The notes under the pieces are model-generated. The model did no database searches, had not been told where the DNA came from, and saw only the letters and a program-made list of their open reading frames with translations. Position numbers and translations under genes: made by a program. From the NCBI GenBank assembly GCA_964016885.1, contig OZ024740.1, forward strand, positions 105,214,001 through 105,278,000: a stretch of 64,000 nt of DNA, given 5' to 3'. The DNA comes from Eledone cirrhosa. Its lineage: Eukaryota. This document shows, piece by piece, positions 56,497 to 64,000 of this stretch (the first letter of the stretch is position 1; each line of letters begins with the position of its first letter).

Positions 56497-57458
56497 ATTA
56501 TTTTTGTTATTCTACCTTGCTGGGATTATTACTTCACTGCATCATATTCAAAGTAAATTAGCTAATAAACTGTAGCTGTTGAACTAGTTGATTGACCTTG
56601 TGGAATAAACTGTAATCATATGGTGAATATTAACCTTTAATGATAAATCCATATTGATCTACATAGCAGCATTTCAATGGCTGTGTGTAGATGACAAAGA
56701 GAGCAAATAGATACACACACACACACACACTTTAAATATATTTAACCCTACCCAGCTACAACACTCCACTTATCAGTTATTAAGCAGAATAATTTCTATA
56801 TTTTCAATTTCATACAGTATTAGAAAACAACATTAGACTCTTTGTTTAAATAATGAAAGATTAAACGGTTTTACAATTTGTGTGTGTGTGTGTGTGTGTG
56901 TATGTGTTTACTTGTATAAATGAGAGAAAAATGTATCCAAAGTGGAGTGGCATTCTCACACAAGCAAGAAACTTGGATTGAAACTGCATCTCTGGACCGA
57001 CCCCCCCCCCCACGTATTTTAGAAACCAAGCCAAAATACAGATCCGTATGAGCAAGAGGTGGTCTCTGGGCCTGACTTGTCTCAAAGTCACAACCTGTCT
57101 AATCAATGCAAGTATGGGAAATAGGTGTTAAGCAATGATGATGTGGGGTCAAGACTATTTTTATTTATATAGAGTTTATTTTAATTATGAAATGGTAAAT
57201 AAAAAACAGAAAACACAATCACTTAAGATTTATTTTAATCTACAAATGAAACAAAACAAAATAGCCTTTTGATTAGACAAATATTCTGGACTTTTCAAGC
57301 TAGGGGTTCCAGTCATTCTGACTTTCCTTTCACTCTCACCCAAAGGACTTATATGGGAAACGGAATGGATAATATAAATGTTGACAAAGAACAATGACAA
57401 CTTTCTACTGTTTTACTAAAATAAAACTATGTTGTAGAAAGAAAAAAAAAAAAGCTAA

Positions 57459-57750
57459 ATGTGAAATATATGCACCTATCAAAGCTGGTAATAGGCCTAA
57501 GCTAGATGTGAAATGTAGGCACCCACCAGAGCTGGGAATAGGCCCAGCTCAGGCATGAAATGTAGGCACCCACTAGAGCTGGGAATAGGCCCAGGTCAGA
57601 CGTGAAATGTAGGCACCCACCAGAGCTGGGAATATTCTCTGGTTAGATGTGAAATGTAGGTTCCCAAATTTGATAAGCCCAGACCAAATGTGAAAGTTAG
57701 CCCTACACCCCCAAATCTGGCAATAGCCTCAGCCCAGATGTAAAATGTAG
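57459..57750. repeat. ~47-bp minisatellite, about 6 diverged units
   Basis: Unit gtgaaatgtaggcacccaccagagctgggaataggcccagctcag. Confidence 0.85.
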
Positions 57751-58499
57751 GTCTGATTTCAAATTGTCTACTAGTTTAGAAATCAGAGTTAAATACACAT
57801 GATCTATGTCTAAATTATGTATGTGAATATACATGTAGATATAGGATTTGGACAGAATAATGACTGACCTATCTGTTCCATTCATTTTCTATTACGGACT
57901 GGACATCACTCACCAGCTTAGTTCCCACTTTACGACTTGTTTCCATCAATGAGATTTATTCAATTTAAAATTAAAAAAAATAATATTCAAACGGTAGTTT
58001 ATAATTACATATTTAACTAATATGGTATATCATTGCAAAAAATACCTCATAGTACTTATAAACTTTTGAAATAAAATAAGAATCAGTATATGAGACCTGA
58101 GCTTGATATGATCAACTATATCCCTTTAAGTGATTCATTTGATCATATCAGACCCAGTACTTCATCTCTAATACCTATTTCATCAATCTTTATTCTCCAT
58201 AACTCAGTCATTGAACAAATAAAGAGACAATCCAAACTACAATACTGCTATTTACACCAGTGTAAACACAAAGAAAAAAAGCAATAACAGATCTCTGCAT
58301 AATTTCTGTTTACTAAAATTTCTCATACATATATATATGTGTGTGTGTATAGTGTGTGTGTGTGTATAGTGTGTGTGTGCGCGTAGCGCAAAGAAGTGCA
58401 TTATTTAGGAGGGCTATACCTCCAAACTAGAACTGGCATCGGTTTTAACAACCTGTCCATCATATGACAGCATGGAAGATACGATATGATGATGATGAT

Positions 58500-60117
58500 T
58501 ATATATATATATAGATATATATATAGATATATATATATAGATATATATATATAGATATATAGATATATATATATAGATATATATATATAGGTATATATAT
58601 ATAGATATATATATATAGATATATATATATAGATATATATATAGATATATATATATATAGATATATATATATATAGATATATATATAGATATATATATAT
58701 ATAGATATAGATATATATAGATATAGATATATATAGATATAGATATATATAGATATAGATATATATATAGAGAGATATATATAGAGATATATATATAGAG
58801 ATATATATATATAGAGATATATATATAGATATATATATATAGATATATAGATATATATATAGAGATATATATATAGAGATATATATATAGAGATATATAT
58901 ATAGAGATATATATATAGAGATATATATATAGAGATATATATATAGAGATATATATATAGAGATATATATATATAGAGATATATATATATAGAGATATAT
59001 ATATATAGAGATATATATATATAGAGATATATATATATAGAGATATATATATATAGAGATATATATATATAGAGATATATATATAGAGATATATATATAG
59101 AGATATATATATAGAGATATATATATAGAGATATATATATAGAGATATATATATAGAGATATATATATAGAGATATATATATATAGAGATATATATATAG
59201 AGATATATATATAGAGATATATATATAGAGATATATATATAGAGATATAGATATAGAGATATAGATATATAGATATATAGATATATATAGATATAGATAT
59301 ATATAGATATAGATATATATAGATATAGATATATATAGATATAGATATATATAGATATAGATATATATAGATATATATATATATAGATATATATATATAT
59401 AGATATATATATATATAGATATATATATATATAGATATATATATATATAGATATATATATATATAGATATATATATATATAGATATATATATATATAGAT
59501 ATATATATATATAGATATATATATATATAGATATATATATATATAGATATATATATATATAGATATATATATATATAGATATATATATATATAGATATAT
59601 ATATATATAGATATATATATATATAGATATATATATATATAGATATATATATATATAGATATATATATATATAGATATATATATATAGATATATATATAG
59701 ATATATATATATAGATATATATATATAGATATATATATATATAGATATATATATATAGATATATATATATAGATATATATATATAGATATATATATATAG
59801 ATATATATATATAGATATATATATATAGATATATAGATATAGATATATAGATATATATATATAGATATATATATATATATATATATATATAGATATATAT
59901 ATATAGATATATATATATAGATATATAGATATATATATATAGATATATATATATAGATATAGATATATATATATAGATATATATATATAGATATATATAT
60001 ATATAGATATATATATATAGATATATATATATAGATATATATATATATAGATATATATATATAGATATATATATATATATATATATATATAGATATATAG
60101 ATTATATATATATATAG

Positions 60118-60157
<40 letters not shown>

Positions 60158-60332
60158 TATATAGATATATATAGATATATATAGAGATATATATATAGAT
60201 ATATATATAGATATATATAGAGATATATATATAGATATATATATAGATATATATGTAGATATATATATAGATATATATATAGATATATATATAGATATAT
60301 ATATAGATAGATATATAGATATATATATAGAT

Positions 60333-60372
<40 letters not shown>
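58500..60372. repeat. ~1.9-kb (TAGA)/(TA) array
   Basis: Seen directly. Confidence 0.97.
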
Positions 60373-60374
<2 letters not shown>

Positions 60375-60375
<1 letters not shown>

Positions 60376-61047
60376 GCTGTATAACAAAGTGCAGGGCAAT
60401 AAAGATAGACGGTAGCCACGGAGTAGGCAGACCCAGAAAAACATGGGACGAGCTGATAAATTCCGACCTCACACGCTTACACCTCTCCAAGACAATGTCA
60501 CTGGACCGAGACCTTTGGCGGTACTCAGTAATAGAGAAGACCCGCCTTACCTAAATACAAAGTAAAAACCTACTACAGTCAGTAGGCATCTCTATAAAAA
60601 CACCCCCCCCCGTCCCACCACCTCCACCCCATCCACACCACCCCTTTCAATGTACAGTTATGTTGGTCCCACAACATCCAGGCCAAAAAAATGAGATCGT
60701 GTAGGTGTCACGACAAAAAAACACACAGTCCACGCTGTAAATGTGGCCGTGTAGGCAACACGGTAAAAACCTCCCAGCCCCACACTGTAAATGTGGTTGG
60801 TGTTAGGAAGGGCATCCAGCTGTAGAAAACCCGCCAGACAGTCCACGCTGTAAATGTGGCCGTGTAGGCAACACGGTAAAAACCTCCCAGCCCCACACTG
60901 TAAATATGGTTGGTGTTAGGAAGGGCATCCAACTGTAGAAAACCCGCCAGACAGTCCTATGCGAGCAAGACAACCACTCTTGCCTCAAGTGGGAAAACCC
61001 CCGTCCAAACCCATGCAAGCGTGGAACACGGACGCTAAACCTGATGA
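60375..61047 (+). mobile_element. 3' end of the RTE LINE family with a ~117-bp tandem duplication in the 3' UTR
   Basis: Encodes [32 protein letters not shown]...[14 protein letters not shown]. The unit cagtccacgctg...cccgccaga is duplicated (60726-60955). Confidence 0.88.
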
Positions 61048-61606
61048 TATATATATAAATAAATATATATAAATAAATATATATAAATAAATATATATAA
61101 ATAAATATATATAAATAAATATATATAAATAAATATATATAAATAAATATATATAAATAAATATATATAAATAAATATATATAAATAAATATATATAAAT
61201 AAATATATATAAATAAATATATATAAATAAATATATATAAATAAATATATATAAATAAATATATATAAATAAATATATATAAATAAATATATATAAATAA
61301 ATATATATAAATAAATATATATAAATAAATATATATAAATAAATATATATAAATAAATATATATAAATAAATATATATAAATAAATATATATAAATAAAT
61401 ATATATAAATATATAAATATATATATATAAATATATATATATAAATATATATATATAAATATATATATATAAATATATATATATAAATATATATATATAT
61501 ACATACATACATACATACATAAATATATATATATATATATATATATACATACATACATACATAAATATATATATATACATACATACATACATACATATAT
61601 ATATAT

Positions 61607-61637
<31 letters not shown>

Positions 61638-61998
61638 CATACATACATATATATATATATATACATACATACATACATAAATATATATATACATACATAC
61701 ATACATACATAAATATATATATATATATATACATACATACATACATACATAAATATATATATATATATACATACATACATACATACATAAATATATATAT
61801 ATACATACATATATAAATATATATATATATATACATACATATATAAATATATATATATATATACATACATATATAAATATATATATATATATACATACAT
61901 ACATACATACATAAATATATATATATATATACATACATAAATATATATATATATATATATATACATACATATATATATATATATATATACATACATAA

Positions 61999-62029
<31 letters not shown>

Positions 62030-62100
62030 TATATACATACATATACATACATATATATATACATACATACATATACATACATACATACATACATACATAA

Positions 62101-62131
<31 letters not shown>

Positions 62132-62276
62132 CATACATATATAAATATATATATATATATATACATACATACATATACATACATACATACATACATAAAT
62201 ATATATATATATACATACATACATATACATACATACATACATATATAAATATATATATATATACATACATACATAC

Positions 62277-62311
<35 letters not shown>

Positions 62312-62688
62312 CATACATATATAAATATATATATATATATACATACATACATAAATATATATATATATATACATACATACATAAATATATATATATATAC
62401 ATATATACATACATACATATACATACATAAATATATATATATATATATACATACATATATACATACATACATATACATACATACATACATAAATATATAT
62501 ATATATATATATATACATACATACATACACATACATAAATATATATATATATATATATATACATACATACATACATACATACATATACATACATACATAC
62601 ATAAATATATATATATATATATATATACATACATACATACATATACATACATATACATATATATATATATATATACATACATATATAC

Positions 62689-62742
<54 letters not shown>
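61048..62742. repeat. (ATATATAAATAA)n grading into a (TACA)/(TA) array
   Basis: Seen directly. Confidence 0.97.
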
Positions 62743-62743
<1 letters not shown>

Positions 62744-62745
<2 letters not shown>

Positions 62746-63083
62746 GGCACATGGCTTAGTGGTTAGAGCATTGGCCATGCAATCGAAAGGTTGTGAGTTC
62801 AATTCTCAGACCGGGTGATGTGTTGTTTCCTTGAGCAAGACACTTTATTTCACATTGCTCCAGTTTACTCAGCTGTAGAAATGAGATGATAGGGACTGCG
62901 GTCCCTATCATTCCACTGCAAAGTGGTCGTGTAGGTGTCACGGAAAAAAAAGCACCCAGCACTCACTGTAAATGAGGTTGGTGTTAGGAAGGGCATCCAG
63001 CTGTAGAAATCAACCCAGAATCAGTTCCCGTCCCACCCTTGCCAGCAGGGAAAAAGCGGACGCAAAATGAAATGATGAAATGA
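62744..63083 (+). mobile_element. Full-length tRNA-derived CORE-like SINE with an RTE-shared tail
   Basis: A-box tggcttagtgg, B-box gagttcaattc, CORE-like ccttgagcaagacactt...cagtttactcagctgtagaaatg, 11-bp hairpin atgatagggac/gtccctatcat, and a tail shared with the LINE 3' UTR. Confidence 0.9.
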
Positions 63084-64000
63084 TATATATGGTATTAGGA
63101 ACTGCATCCAGTTAGATAAGCCATGCAAAAATGAACAAGTGCAATGTAGTTGTACAAACCACTAGAAGGGAATAAATTCCAACTGTAACTCTTGGACTAT
63201 GATAACATGGAAGACATGAGGAATGATTATACTCATATACATATAGATACATTCAGAGAGACAGAGAGAGCGCATGAGAGATATATACATAGATGCTAGA
63301 ATTCTATTTTAAATTCTATAAATATAGTACACCTTTATATAGTAAACAAAAATTATGAGGCCTCCAGTATAAAAGGCATCCAGTCATAAAATCACTTTCT
63401 GTTAATATTAGGCATTTGTCTAAGTTAAAGAATCAAAACCCAAGAAAAACAAATAAAAATAATAAGACCCCTATACTCCATTGGAAAAGGATAAAAATGG
63501 ATTTTAAATCAACAGGGGGAAAGTGTCTTTAGAAATTTGTTCTATTTATAAATGTACTTTTTTTTTCATTTACAAACTTACTTTTTTTTCTTGTTTTTTT
63601 CTCTTTGGCTGGGATTGGAATATCACATGGTAATTCTGGATTAGGAATTGCCTTTTCAGGAAAGTCACAAGGTATTTCACAAGAATCAATCGACATGTTT
63701 TCTTCTACAGAACAGTTTTCGATTTCTATTTTTTTTGGTTAACAAATGAATGGTGATATTAAAAAAAATTGTAGTAGCCCAAAACCATTAAATGTTGACA
63801 GCTTGTATAGTAGAAATACGAGCAAGATTAGCAGCACTGCTACTGTTATGATTTATGTTACACTGTCATTTAATCATTTTAGGGATATCAAGCAGCTTTT
63901 CATAATTAATCTTTAATTATCTATCCTAAAATCCATTGACCGAGATTGGATTTAAAAATCAGTTATTCGAGGCTGCCTATTGAAGCAATAGATGGTTTTT

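Noticed and set aside
57459-57750. CRISPR-like array
   Set aside because: Units are contiguous diverged tandem copies without unique spacers, there are no cas genes, and the context is eukaryotic.
62744-62815. tRNA genes at SINE heads (also 3287, 5518, 56312)
   Set aside because: A/B boxes are present, but no complete cloverleaf was found and each continues into a SINE body.
63528-64000. Minus-strand open stretch (PKKIEIENCSVEENMSIDSCEIPCDFPEK...) with a GTAAGT at 63581-63576
   Set aside because: There is an in-frame stop just upstream, no convincing acceptor and no recognisable motif. It could be a decayed coding remnant continuing past the window edge.

Overview
This is AT-rich eukaryotic (animal) DNA made almost entirely of retroelements and multi-kb (TA/TACA/TAGA)n arrays. 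The repeat families resemble those of a coleoid cephalopod such as octopus; that assignment is inferred from memory, not from a search. Main elements: one intact R4/Dong-type RLE non-LTR retrotransposon (ORF 24148-27657) and a decayed paralogue (42721-46785); a young 5'-truncated RTE LINE with a PHD-like finger (47865-50781, -); a decayed RTE LINE with C2H2 fingers (39958-42690, -) plus four copies of a ~600-bp non-autonomous RTE-like derivative; two L1/Tx1 fragments; a deleted Helitron; a TTAA MITE; several tRNA-derived SINE families; and Penelope-like remnants. The only host-gene signal is a candidate 36-nt minus-strand micro-exon (10343-10378). Three observations stand out. (i) Three type I hammerhead ribozyme folds can be read by eye (8495-8555 -, 22244-22312 -, 55583-55667 +), and one sits in a 474-bp retrozyme-like unit whose 79-bp direct repeat starts at the cleavage triplet. 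(ii) Every RTE-family copy that keeps its 3' hairpin is followed directly by a 1.7-3.8 kb TATG/TA array, giving a polarised head-to-tail chain. (iii) The long Y/I/H/M/C-rich ORFs in the track are microsatellite artefacts.
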